Below the pieces are notes generated by a model. It did no database searches. It was not told where the DNA came from and worked only from the letters and a program-made list of their open reading frames with translations. Below, in pieces: positions 11,820 through 23,908 of a DNA stretch of 64,000 nt. The DNA comes from Prorocentrum cordatum (Eukaryota). The translations under genes and the position numbers were made by a program. The stretch is taken from assembly GCA_963575745.1 (NCBI GenBank), contig CAUYUJ010000168.1, positions 1 through 64,000 of the forward strand, read 5' to 3'. Numbering within the stretch: the stretch's first letter is position 1; every line of letters begins with the position of its first letter.

Positions 11820-14800
11820 GAGGGTGCATTGTCGGGGGCCGCCGTCAGAAAGCGATGGCTGCGGGTCGCTGACTTGAACATTCTGAGCGCGAACAGGATC
11901 GACCGCATCGGGGATCTCGAGTTCAATTTCAGGGGCTTTGACGTATCGATGTTCATAGGCACCCAGTTGCGATCTCAAGCAGACGGCCAGGTCACGAGGA
12001 AGAGAGTGGGCAAATCGTTGATAATCCATGCGGGTTGGCTCCCTTGTCCGTGCACTAACAAAGCCACGGGTTGTTCGATTATCGTGGGGCCCGCGCTGAA
12101 GGGAACCAGCATAGTGTGCCACCCTCTTCTACCACCTCGCTCACTTTTTGGTCGGGGACCTCGGTCTCAGCCTGAAGCTAAATTGCACCGATATTCTTCC
12201 CATCGCCGCCTATGTCCCACCCAAGCCGAGAGTGCTGGCCGCCAGGTCGGATTATCTTAAGACAGTGGAGCTGCTCGCGAAGAGGATCAGCGATGTGTTG
12301 CGGAAGTCTCGGGGTAGGACCACGACACTCGCGGGGGATCTGAATGATGGGATGGGATAGTGGAGGACGCGGATTACAGTCATTTCTCTGGGACAGGTAT
12401 TGCGGGATTCTGTGGCATCTCGGGAGTTTTACTCGCAGGGCTCTGGCAGCCCTTTCGGAAGGTCCTGGAAGAACACGATTTTGTTCACCCCTACCTGGAA
12501 CGGGCCGCAAGGAGAGCAGAAGAGGCTAGACTCTACGGCTAGACATGTCATTTGTTGCGCGCGCCTTCCTGCGTCACCTACGCAAGGCTGGTGCACTTCG
12601 AAGGCTACGTAGAGATGCGCAGCATATTCGTAGCCATTGCCCACGGGACCACATTCCCATCCATGATGCATGGCATATCTCTTTCGTTCCTGAAGGAGGA
12701 GGGACGAGGAAGCAGATTTGGATTTGACCTCTCCGATGAAAGGGTTGAACAGAGGTACTCGTCGGCAAGACCTTGTTGCTGCAGTTGAGAACGAATTCTC
12801 CATGCGGGAGCCAGAGCTGGTGAATCTTCTGGCCAGACCGACCCAAGAGGATTTGTTCGAGATTGCCAACGAGATCTCGATCAGGCACGGACTTGATCAA
12901 TATAGCGCGGGTCCACTGAGACTAGCTCGCAAGCTGAATTGCGTGAGCGCCGAGAGGGTATTCTCCGTCGGCAGCGCGGGTCTCCTCGTTCGCTAGAGTT
13001 TACTACTGAGGAGGAGGAGGAGGAGGAGGTGGTGACACATCAGCTAAAGGAGGTTACAGCTCAGGCGCATGAAGAACAAAAGGGAAGGCGGGTGAAGAAG
13101 CAGCGGGTTCACCTCGAGCTACTGCACGATGCCTGGCGAGAGAGGCGCTTCGTAGAGGCGCGCCAGTATTCCAGGCTTGCCGCTGGCTCTGATTGGGGCA
13201 TCAAGAGGCGGAACTATGCCCATGTGCCTGGATCTGCTCTCACGGGAGAAGAGTGGCTCGACGTTTGGAAGCTTCCAGATAGAGAAGGGGGAATGGCCGC
13301 TCGGAATATTGATTTCCAGAACTTCAGGCGACGCCATCTTGAGAACACTTTGTCCTGGCCAGGCAGGTGGACGGATCGCGTGGAGGAGGCGGAGGGGGAG
13401 CTGGGAGGGGATCATCGAGTACTTGAGGGGGGCCCGAACAGGCGGGCATGCCCTGCAGACCCGGAGCCACTTGAAAGTTGGCCGATGTTACTGCTACGTC
13501 GGGACACGCTGACCTGTTGCCCAGCTGGAGCGGGGTGGGCAGTTGAAAAACCCAGGCCGTGAGGCACCAGTTTTTCGCACCAGTACCCAGCGAGGATTCG
13601 CGAAGACTGGGGCCTCTGCGCGCACGCCAGTTGCCTGGCACCGCAGCCAGGGCGCCGCGCTACATAAGAAGGCGGCGGAGGGGCTTCGGGACAGAGGGCG
13701 GTGCATTTACTGGGTGCATTCGGGAGGGGATTCTCTGCAGCTGCAGTTCGACGCGGCGGCGTGCCCCATCCTTGCGAACGCGGTTTCGCTCGCGGTCGTC
13801 GCAGGGAAGGCGCGCCCCCCCCCCCCCCCCCTTAGTGCAACAACGTAGTATGCTTCGGGTCCGCGACCCTGGTTCTTTCCATTGCTCCACGGCAAAGACA
13901 TGATTGATCAATGCGTTTGGTGTCTCGTCGCGGGCCGCCCTCGACGATGCAGTGCAGCGGCTCGTTTGTCGGCCCCGTGATTGTCTTTTTGCTCAGCAGC
14001 GCCTTCGCGAAGCTACAGTTCGTCTCCCGTTTTTTGAAGGGCACCTTGATATCAAGGCGGGCCCTGGCGCTTCGATGGGGGGGCCCATTTGCTGTTCACG
14101 GCTTCTGCCGAGCTTTCTGGCCGCTTGTTGCAGGCTGGCAAGCTGCGCTGCGAGAGTTTGCCCGCGCGGGTGCGCTGGTAGCCCCTCGCCCCGTTTTAGT
14201 CGTCGCGGCGGGCGTCTCTCGTTCGCGAAATACGCTGACGACGCAGAGAAGCTATTGTTTGAAGACGACGAAGAGCATATGGAATGGGGGGCTGGCGCAT
14301 GGAAGCTGCGCGACAAGGCGATGACATCCGGCGACTCCCTCGACGCTTTCCTGGAGCAGCGAGGCCATAGGCAGCACGCCACGAAGCAGCCTAATATGGT
14401 TTCGCTAGTCGGCCCAGGTGCTGGTCCACGCAGGATGGCCCAACATCGCATCGCATCGCGCGAGGAGGTTGTCAGAGGCCCCCCGATCCCGGGCAGCGCC
14501 CATGACGTTAAACGCAGCCCGGGGGGGCAACTACACTTCCGGGGCATCGCGGGGGGCGAGATCGCCACGAGGGAGGAGGCCATCAAGACTTCGTTTCATA
14601 GGGCGGGGGCCTTCTGGAGTATTCATGGATTCCCTTGGAGATGGAGGAGATGCATACTTTTGCGCAAGGCGGTGAATTCGGCTCGCGCGAATCCGGGGGC
14701 GTTCTTGCTCTCGAGCAGCGAGTGCCAGAGATTGGACCGAGAGATCGCTCATTACGGACGCGTGGTCACGCGTGGCCGCGCAGCTGATCGGGGGGGCGCC

Positions 14801-16650
14801 CGCATGACAACGCCGTCGACTCTGGGTGTTCTGAGGCACTGGGGAATTGCCCCGATGAAGATTGAGGTCCAGGTTACGCGCGTGAAACGGCTGCGGAGCT
14901 GGATTCGGCGCCCCCGCAATCATCTTCGGGAGGTAGCTCGCGCGTTTGGCGACCTGCCCATCGATGCCTCGCCGACTTTGAAAAGAGCCGTCGCCGCCGC
15001 AGCGAACCCCTGGGCCAAACGAGCTCGGGTCGACATGGCGCGGCTGCGCCAGGCCTCGGGGCGCGGTGACCTTCTGGGCATCTCAGAGGGAAAGATCTCG
15101 ACCTTTTCCTTCCACCCTGAGGTCAGTGAAAAGTCTCGCGCTCTGGATCATCCCGACATACTCCGACGGCGGGTGTGGACTGTCATGCTTCCTCCTCCAG
15201 GTCTTTTCGGTGCCGAGGTTCTGGGCCTCCGCGGTGCTTCTAAGGATGTAATTACGTACGCTTCGCGCATCCCCACCAGCCCATCTCAAAACAGCAACTC
15301 TTGCGAAGCATGCCGACAGTCGTGTTTTTCAGGCGCGTTTCCGCCTGCCCCCGCATATCTCCCCTGTTCCTCTTTCCCCCCGCCTCCTTGCACATCCTCC
15401 TTGTGGTGGGGGCTGGAGAAGGACGAGGCGGAGGAAGAGGGAGAGAAAGCGCCCCTCGTGGTTTGAGTCGTTTGGGGTTTCTTGTCCTGGTGTGAGTCGT
15501 TCGGGCCCTTCTTCCTGGCGTGAATCGTTCGGGCTCTTCGTTATGTGAGTCGTTCGGGCTCTTCGTCCTGGTGTGAGTCGTTCGGGCTTCTCGTGGTGTG
15601 AGTTGTTCGGGCCCCTCGTCGTCGTGTGAGTCGTTCGGGCCCCTCCTCCTGGTGTGACTCGTTCGGGCTCCTCGTGGTGTGAGTCGTTCGGGGCCCTCGT
15701 CGTGGTGTGAGTCGTTTTGGGAGCCTCTTGGAGGCCTTTTGGGGCGTCTTCGGGGCCTCTTGGCGGCCCCAGGGGCTTCTAGGAGCGTCTTGGGTGCCTT
15801 GGGGGGGCCTCTTCGGGCCTCTTGGGAGCCTCTTGGAGGCCGCTTGGGGCGTCTTGGGGGCCTCTTGGCGGCCCCAGGGGCTTCCAGGAGCGTCTTGGGT
15901 GCCTCGGGGGAGCCTCTTGGGGCCTCTTGGGCGCCTCTTGGGGGCATCTTGGGGGCCTCTTGGAGGCCTCTTGGTGCCTCTTGGGACTCTTTGGGAGGGG
16001 TCTGGGAGGAATCTTGGGGCCATCTGTCGGGCGATCAATCACAGATGGGGCGAGCACTTTTCTCCTCCCCCCCCGTCGGGGCCAGAATCCTCGTGAGGGG
16101 TGTCGAATTTTAGCCCTCCCAGGAGTCGAAAAAGACCCCTCCAACCAACGACCCGCGAGACGCCCACTCCAGGCCCAGGGGGAGGGGGTAGGGGGAGGGG
16201 CAAACCCCTCCCCGAAGGGAAAGAAGGGGGTTGAGAACAGAGCGGGCTCTCTAAACCACTCACGCCCAAAGGGCTGGTGGGATTGATCTTGGGATTCCTG
16301 AAGGGCTTCGTGGCGATCCTGCGTTCACGTGCACGTTTCATGTTGACGGGGTGGCTTGCGGGGAGTCGATTAATTCTGAGGGAAACCTAAATGCCCATAT
16401 TTGTACCGGCCATGGTGTTCGTAGTTCTATTCCGCATTTTGACGCGCACTAATCAGTGCCCGAGCTGCCTGGAGACTCGCTCGTCAAAAACCCTGGCGCA
16501 CCGACATCTTGTTTATAGTTCTCGAAGAGGTTATTGCTGGAAAGGAAGCGCCATCGCCCTACCTAATGTTCGTAACCCCAAGCACTTTCGCTGCCTGGCG
16601 CGCGAGTTCGATGGTGGATCCCTTCGCGAGCTACATGCCCATGTTCGTTG
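11820..16650 (+). mobile_element. Degenerate non-LTR (LINE) retrotransposon: APE endonuclease, RT and C-terminal Cys-rich region, with many frameshifts and stops
   Basis: 'LAGDLNDG' endonuclease motif (~12330), 'KYADD' RT motif (~14230) and 'TNQCPSCL' near 16450. The frame 'DVI|DLGIPEG' is restored when 15252-16282 is removed. Ends are approximate. Confidence 0.7.
15252..16282 (-). mobile_element. Non-autonomous Helitron2/Helentron-like element, copy 1
   Basis: Inserted at AA|TT with no TSD. Asymmetric inverted repeats: CCCACCAGCCC lies ~20 bp inside the left end and GGGCTGGTGGG(A) forms the right end. A GC-GAA-GC mini-hairpin lies between the subterminal repeat and the end. The interior has GTGTGAGTCGTTCGGG and GGGCCTCTTGG repeats. 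Confidence 0.65.
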
Positions 16651-16899
16651 TCATTTTCCGCATAGCCTTGGCATTTGATGTTCCTCCATCGGTGAGTTCG
16701 TTCCCCACGCAAAGATCGACGGCGACGCGACCTACCTGGATGGGCAAGCGCACGGCGTCGCCGACCGAAGGGGGGCACAGAGCAGAGGAAGCGCGCAGGT
16801 GCTTCCCGCGGCGGAGGCAGCGGCGGCGAGCCGAAGCCGGCCACGCTAGACGCGCCGACGGAGGCGACGGCCAAGCTGACACTTGCGAACGCCGCGGAC

Positions 16900-17470
16900 T
16901 CCCGCGCCATCGCAGGCGCCATCTTCACGACCGCGCTCACGCCCGTGGAGGACCCGCTGGTCGGAGGCTTGCTGGGGCGCGGCGTCGCGCACAACCAGCA
17001 GGCCCAGGACTGGGCTGAGCTGGAGAAGGATGCGCTGGCCAAGGGCGACGAGCAGCCCGAGAGCATGCAGGGGCCTCCGCATCTGGTGCTGCACGCCAGC
17101 CCAACGGAGACCTCGGTAACTCGAGAGGAGGCAAGGGCGCGGAGATGGAGAGCGAGTCCCTGAGCGAGCAGTTTCAGAAGTCGTAGCTGTGCTACATCGA
17201 CGTGCTCTGCAAGGACGACGGCATGCCGAAGGCAGCGCTCGACGCCCGCTACCTGCTGTGCAAGAGGGCGAAGAAGGTAGAGGGCAAGCGCAGGGTGGCG
17301 AAGATCACCTACCTGTTCCAGCCGACGAAGACGGGCATCATAGCGCAGCGCCTGTTCGAGGCCGAGCCCCCCAAGGCGGGGGGGGGGGGCGTCGCCAGGC
17401 AGTGATCCGATGGGGGGCGCTAGAGCGAGAGGTGCAGGTCCTGCTCGGTCGTCTCAAGAAGATGTGATGC
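16900..17470 (+). pseudogene. Fragmented coding-like sequence of unknown function
   Basis: High-GC3, protein-like segments ('DWAELEKDALAKGDEQPE', 'LCKDDGMPKAALDARYLLCKRAKKVEGKRRVAKITYLFQP') broken by stops and frameshifts. No family recognised. Confidence 0.35.
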
Positions 17471-18366
17471 GAGTGAGCTGCAGGGTTCGTGCACTGTTTT
17501 ATGCAGGGCGGCTTTCAGGCCCTGCTCTTGATCGTCACTCGCTTCTTCTCCTCCGTCGAGCTTCCTGCTCCCTCTCTCAATCCTCCAGTAGCGATGGGAT
17601 CCGAATCGGGGGCCCCCATCAGGGCCGTAGATAGATGGAGTGGGCCCCTAGTCAAGATCCCCCGCGAGCCTCGAACGAAGGGTAGAGGTCGTCGAAGGGG
17701 GGGGACGCCAGTAATATTTTCTGGTGGTGCCAGGGGGGGGGGGGGGGGGCGGCTCCAGGCTGCGCGCCGTGCGGCCTGCCTCTCAGGCCCAATGCGGACG
17801 GTGTGCCGCCAGGGCCTTTGGCTATCACGAGCACGGGTGTTTCGAATGCCACGCTGGAGCTACTGTGTTGCAATCTCTGCGTGTGCAGGGTAGTGTAGTG
17901 CAGATTGTGCTATGCAAGTTGGTGCAAGTGTGCTTGTTGGCCGACTGGAGCTCCCATAGCGTTCATGCTCATGCTCATGCTCCTCCCACCCTTCCTCCTC
18001 CCCCTCCTCCTCCTCCTCATCATCATCATCATCATCATCATTTCCCTCCTCTTCCTCCTCCTTCTCCTCCTCCCCCTCCTCCTCCCCCCCTCCTCCTCCT
18101 CCTCCTCCTCCTCTCCTCTTCCTCCCTCCCTCCTCCTCCTCCTCCTCCTCTCCTCCTCCTCCTCTTCCTCCTCCTCCTCCTCCTCCTCTCCTACTCCTAT
18201 CCTGATTCCTTATTAGAATATACTCCTACTCCCCCCTCAGGCCGGCCATTAGGGGCCGCATCCGGGTGGTCCCATCCTAACCTGTAAAAAACAATACAAA
18301 ATCAACATTTTTCTTATTTTTTTCCTCTCGACATGGACGTCCTGTCGTCCACGGCGATAATCCATT

Positions 18367-18745
18367 GCAAAAAATACCACAAAGAGCACACGCGCGCGTT
18401 CATGTCAGAATCCTACCGAACACCGTGTGTTTGCAAGCATTTCAACATAAAAACATCAAAAACCCAATGCTTTTTCACAAAAATTATACAAATTTCCCGC
18501 CCGGGCTCTCTTGCTGAAATCATAGGAAAACCATGGAATCTTAAGAATTCGGTCAAATCCAGCGATTTCACGTCATCGCGCGGTGCACTCGCGATGCTCT
18601 GTCATGCACCCAGGCCGCGAATCCTGTGCAAAAAATACCACAAAGAGCACACTCGCGCGTTCATGTCAGAATCCTACCGAACACCGTGTGTTTGCAAGCA
18701 TTTCAACATAAAAACATCAAAAACCCAATGCTTTTTCACAAAAAT
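18367..18745 (+). repeat. ~120-bp AT-rich direct duplication (18367-~18484 and ~18627-18745)
   Basis: TGCAAAAAATACCACAAAGAGCACAC...GCTTTTTCACAAAAAT occurs twice, nearly identical. Confidence 0.85.
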
Positions 18746-19035
18746 GCTTTGGGGTGTCCTGTCAGACCGTCGGGCTTCCTCCGGCCACCTCTGGCTTCCT
18801 GCGGTGTACCGGGCCATTCTCGACTCGTCTGGCAATGCGTGCGCGGCATTCAACACGCGCTCGCCAGTTCCCGTCGGCAACCGCCATCGCGGCCGCATCA
18901 GCTGTACCAAACCGGCTGGCCGGTGTGACTTCGGCCCCCAGTTGTGCCAGCTTTGCTTCTTATGTTGTGGGAGGGCGGGTGGGACTGGGCATGCCATGCT
19001 TGACTCGCTCGAGCTGGCTAGCTTGACTCCTACTC

Positions 19036-19330
19036 CTACTCCTCCTCCCCTCCTCCTCCTCCTCCTCCTCCTCCTCCTCCTCCTCCTCCTCCTCCTCCTC
19101 CTCCTCCTCCTCCTCCTCCTCCTCCTCCTCCTCCTCCTCCTCCTCCTCCTCCTCTCCTCCTCCTCCTCCTCCTCCTCCTCCTCCTCCTCCTCCTCCTCCT
19201 CCTCCTCCTCCTCCTCCTCCTCCTCCTCCTCCTCCTCCTCCTCCTCCTCCTCCTCCTCCTCGTCCTCCTCCTCCTCCTCCTCCTCCTCCTCCTCCCCCTC
19301 CTCCTCCTCCTCCTCCTCCTCCTCCTCCTC
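19036..19330 (+). repeat. (CCT)n microsatellite abutting the 3' LTR
   Basis: Directly visible. Similar (CCT)n/(GGA)n tracts lie at ~1800-1910, 2100-2320, 4385-4500, 4750-4970, 5840-6000, 6390-6550, 11400-11720, 17990-18190, 59250-59660 and 63370-63650. Confidence 0.95.
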
Positions 19331-19479
19331 TCAACTGACGGCTGCCGCCGTCGAGAGAAAGCTGAAAGTCTTTTCTGCCCGAGACTCAAGAGCTCTGAAA
19401 CCGAAACGGTTACGGTCGAATCGGCGTCGGCGTGAGAGGGGCAGCTCGGGGGGCCAGGGAGACAGTGTCCATTTCAACA
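19331..19479 (-). repeat. 3' LTR (149 bp)
   Basis: Identical to 50768-50916 except one A/G difference (GGTTACGG vs GGTTGCGG). Preceded on the minus strand by purine-rich GAGGACGGG (PPT-like). Confidence 0.95.
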
Positions 19480-19575
19480 CCCGTCCTCGCTGTCATACTG
19501 GTCCGAAATTCGAGATTCCGAGCATAGCTTCATTAATACGGAAGCGGCCCAGCTGGGCCGAATATGAAAGGCGAT

Positions 19576-21400
19576 CTAGGTAGATCGCAAAGCCACGCGG
19601 GGCTGGTCCCCGCGCGGGGCACGCATCGAACAGGACAGGCTCTCGCGCACAGATGCGACGGGCTGAGTCCTACGCTCATCGGCACGGCGCCGCCGTGCAG
19701 CTCGTATGGCCTCCTTCGTGGCCGCCGCCTCGGAGGAGACGGTCGTCGTCACGTAGCCGTCGCGCATGGCGTTCGTCAGGTAGCTCCTCTCCGCTTCGAG
19801 CTTCGTCAGCGCGTCTGCGAGCTGCACACTGGTATCGCACCACTCCAGGTCGACTCCATCTTGGCTTAGAAGCTCTCGAAGCGAGGCCACCACCACTCGA
19901 ATTCGGCGATCGGCGACCTGACCAGCGTCCGCCAGCAAGTGGCTCACCAGGCTGTTAGCGTCGTCGAACCACTTGACTGGCATCAACGTCGCACTGTCAT
20001 GAACCAACTCCGCGATCAGCTGGTCCGGCTTGTCCATCTCGTAGTACAATGCCCTGATCCACTCCAGCGCCTCCGCGCCTTCGGTCAAACCGTGGGCCTC
20101 TGCCGCCATCGATGCCCGGCAGACCCTCCGAATCTTGGAACTGCCCCAGTCCAAGAAGTGAGCAGGTCCACCGCCTTCCTTGTACAGGCCGTCGTCGCAC
20201 AACAGGCACACGAAACCGCACTGCGACCTCACCTTCTCGCCCAGTGCTCCGAACTTCTTCTCGTCGATGTTATTGAGGCTGCTGTCGGCGAACACACACC
20301 CCTGAAGGTCGGCGTCGTTCTTGATGAAGTCGCTACGGAAGTGTAGGCACACGTCCTTCGTCTCATGGCAGTACCGCACCAGCTTGTTCATCTCCAGTAG
20401 GTCCTGCACCGTCATGGTGTTCTTCTGCTGTGCGAGCCAACTGTAGCCGAAAGAAACGTCCATCCGCAGCTGTCGCGAGAGCCATCCCAGTGAACCAATC
20501 ACCGACTCCGCAAAACTCTTCTCCTCGTCCGTAGCCAGCACCTTGATCTGCTTCCGCCTGGTCGGCAGCATCGGCAACTCCTCCATCTGCTCCACGAAGT
20601 GCTGCATCGAGACCCTGATCGAGAAGTCCTCTGCCTGCTCCACGTCCTTGCCGCAGTACCTGAAGGGTGGCTCCTCCTCCGTTAAGAGTAGTACCCTCTT
20701 GAACTCGTCCATCGTGTCGCCGTAGAGCTTGCTGTTCGGATTTCCGGTCGCGAACAGGTCGTCCACGTATGTGCCGATAAGGCCAACGAGGATGTCACCC
20801 TCGAAGAGCATGAAGAAGGCTCTCTCCAAACGGCTCTCCTGCCACGAGTTGCCGCGCAGCGTCCTTCGTAGCTTACTCCACCACTTCCGCCCAGCATCCT
20901 TAGTGCCATAGATCGCCCCGTGGCACACGAACAGGGAACCAGGTGGTACTCCAGGAGGTAGTGGTGAGGCGGTCGTAGCACCAGCATGCGGTCAACATCA
21001 TCTCCTTGTAGGTAGGCGCTCGTCGCGTCGAGCTTCGATAGTAACCAGTGCTTCCTAGCCGCCGTGCTGCAGATCAAGTGAAACACCAGCAGGGAAGATG
21101 TGGGCGAATCCGTCCGGACATGCACCGACTCGTAGCAGCCAACCGCCACCAGCCTCGACTTCGCCTTGAGCGGTAGCTTGGGGTCGTACTCGTTCTTGTT
21201 GGTGTGAACCCACCTTGACGGAATAGGCTTCGCCCTCTTCAGCAGCTCCTTCGCATCGTCTCCGATAACCACGGTCACCGCCCTGAAGTTACGCCAGTTC
21301 TCCCACTCCTTGGCCATGCTCGCGTCGAACTCCTTCCGCTCGGCCTTGGTCAGGTCCGTCAGGTTGATCTCCTTCCCGCGGGAGCGTCCCGTTAACCACG
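19576..21400 (-). pseudogene. pol: Copia reverse transcriptase and RNase H (frameshift near 20965)
   Basis: RT motifs 'KAKSRLVAVG', 'KLDATSAYLQG', 'AIYGTKDAGRKW', 'YVDDL'. RNase H motifs 'FADSS', 'AEAHG', 'DDANSL', 'QLADALTK'. Confidence 0.92.
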
Positions 21401-22049
21401 CATAGGCTATCCAGCCGTGGTACACCTCGTCCGTGTCGTACTCAGCAAGGTACGCTCCACTGGCCGTGGGGCCGCCACCACGATGTAGTCGAGCGCGGGT
21501 CCGCTGTGGCCCGTATCCAGGTAGCCGTTCAGGTAATTCGGGTGGTTCGGGAAGCCTTGGGAGATCTGGGAGTTCGGAAGGTTCGGGAAGTTCAGGAGGA
21601 GGTGGAGTCGCCGTCGCGTCGTTATCCTCGTTCATCTCCTCCACTTCTCCTTCTCCAGCCTCGCCAGATCCTGGATCAAGCCCGGCAGGTGCTGGGTCGT
21701 GTCCCTGACGTAGTACTGGCTCAGGTAGCTGAGCTGCTGGCTGATGCTCTGGAACTCCGGGAGTGAGATCCTCTCCAGGTCGCGGATCATCTTGAGCTGC
21801 GTCGCGCCCTTGTAGTGGTGTGCTAGCCGTGTCGGCTCCCTCGGCAGGCTGTGTACTGCCCGACGGTGCCTCCGTAGTTCTCGACGCTGGAGGCTCCGGG
21901 CGCGGACCAGTCGCGGCAGTAGCCGCCGTAGGTTCCCTGCCTGGAAGCGCAGCAGCTTCGGGATCTTCAGGTGCTCCGTCCTCGAGGCCTTCGCGACGAA
22001 CGTCCAGGAATCCTCGAGGCCCTCGTGGAAGTGCCGCTCCACGCTGATC

Positions 22050-23210
22050 AGCAGGCATCCGATCCCAGGTAATCAACTCGTCCTCCGTCGCGAACCGAAG
22101 CTGCTCCGGCCTTGCCAAGACCGTGCCGCCGCCATACCGTAGCCAAATCGCGTGAGGGCCCCCCTGCACGGCCGCAGGTCGGAGCGTGGACTCGACGCCG
22201 CCCGCCATCTTCTCGGGGTCGCGGTAGTCGTGGCCGATGACACGCGCAACACCGAACCAACGACGGTACAGGGCAGGAGACTCACCCGGCCTGACGTGGG
22301 TGCGCCTGAAGTAGACGTAGGCTCCCACAGGGAACGGCCCTCTCGTAGGGGTCGATCTCGCCAGCTTGGCCCTCCTCACGCGACTGTCGTTGTCCATCTC
22401 CACGAAGGCGACCTTGGCACACTCGCGCCACAACAGGTTGGATGCCATGGCGGACTCCGGGTCGAGCGCCGCCTCCTGTACCTGGAGCTTCTCGGCCTCC
22501 GAGTCCTGAAGCATCGAACCTGGTACCCGCAGGCCGCGAGTACCTAGTACCCAGTTGGCGGGTGCGTAGCCGTCGTAGATCGCCGTCTCGTTGCGCACCT
22601 GGTTGACGACGCCGCACACGCTCCTCAGGTCCTTCTCCTTCGTGATCTGGGCGTCCTGCACCGCGCGATGCCACACCTCCTTCCAGACGCCACCTAGCCT
22701 CTCGATCCTGCCGAGCTGCTCGTGCGCCTCCAGGGCCGCATTCTGGATCTCCACGCCGTTCTCATGCATGTGGGCCAGGAACTCCTTAGCGAACTCCTTG
22801 CCGCGGTCCACGAAGATGGACTGGGGCAGTCCAGCCCAGCTAGCCCACACCGTCAGGAACGTGTCTAACGCGACCTTAGCAGAGGGCGCGTACGTACCCT
22901 TGTGGAGATACCAAACAACCTGGAACCTCGTACCGTCGCAGACTATGTTCAGGAAGGCGTGGGTGTTACCCTCGGCGTCGTGTGCGAACAGCGTGTCCAG
23001 CATCACGTGGAAGCTGAACTGGTAGCGACCCGGCATGGGGACCGGGCGCACGTGCTTCGTCCTGATCATGTCGCCGCAGGCGTCACACCTGAAGTCCCAC
23101 ACGCAGTCCAGGAACTCCTTCTTGGCACCTGACCTCCTCAAGCACCTCACCAGGGTCACGTTGGTCGGGTGGCCGAAATTGACGCGCAGATTCCTGATGT
23201 CGCGCCTGAC
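22050..23210 (-). CDS. Copia integrase domain (part of the pol ORF)
   Basis: Zn-finger remnant 'LRVNFGHP...CDAC' (first His replaced by Arg) and DDE triad 'VMLDTLF', 'IFVDRGKEF', 'GRIERLGG'. Confidence 0.9.
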
Positions 23211-23529
23211 CGCGGGGTCGTAGGTGAGCCACCTCGCTCTGCGCTCCTGCTCCTCCTTGGAGAGGACTGGCTCGAGGCCTGCGGCTTGCTCAGCACGAAC
23301 TCCGTCAGGATCCGTAGCAGGCCCGTCCTCAGGTGGACGTCCGGGTTCACGGAAGCCCTGACTCCCGTCCTCAGCTGGAGGACGCTTCGGGGGTTGCTTG
23401 CCACGCAACCTTCTCTTCTTGGCATCAGGCTGGCTCTCGACTGGGAAACTGTCAAGTACACCGAGACCTTGTGATACGTGAGTGTCGACGTCGAGGTCGA
23501 TATGCTGCTCGATGGTGTGTAGTGCCAGC

Positions 23530-23908
23530 ATGTCCAGCTTGTCGGGCCACTTTGCCGCCGCTCTTGTCTTCTTCTGGTTCTCCAACGGCAGGTGGTAGTG
23601 GTCCCTCGTGCACTTCTCGCCCTGCAAGGCTTCATAGATCGCCACGCTGGTGGTCAAGAACCTCATCGGCTTGTAGTGCGCGTCCTTGGTCTCTTCATCG
23701 GCGTAGCCGAGCTGGCACCCGTGCGGAGTACACTCCAGTAGGAGGCCCTTCTTCACCAGCTCCTGCGTCTTCGCCATCTCGGGCTCGAAGTAGGCACTCG
23801 ACCCGAGGGGCTGCTCCATCAAGATGTGCATCCCGCGCTTCACCCGGTCGGCGACGATCTGGTCCGAGAGCATGAGTAGTGGCCTCCTCGCTTCCCGAGC
23901 TTCTTGAA
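23530..23908 (-). pseudogene. C-terminal half of the retrotransposon-borne C5-cytosine methyltransferase-like domain
   Basis: 'ILMEQP' (motif VI-like), 'HGCQLGY', 'YKPMRFLT' (VIII-like), 'AAAKWP' (X-like). Continuous with 47322-47580 after removing the insertion. Confidence 0.7.

Noticed and set aside
18367..18745. LTR pair of a TRIM-like element
   Set aside because: No PBS, PPT or TSD seen, so it is kept as a simple duplication.
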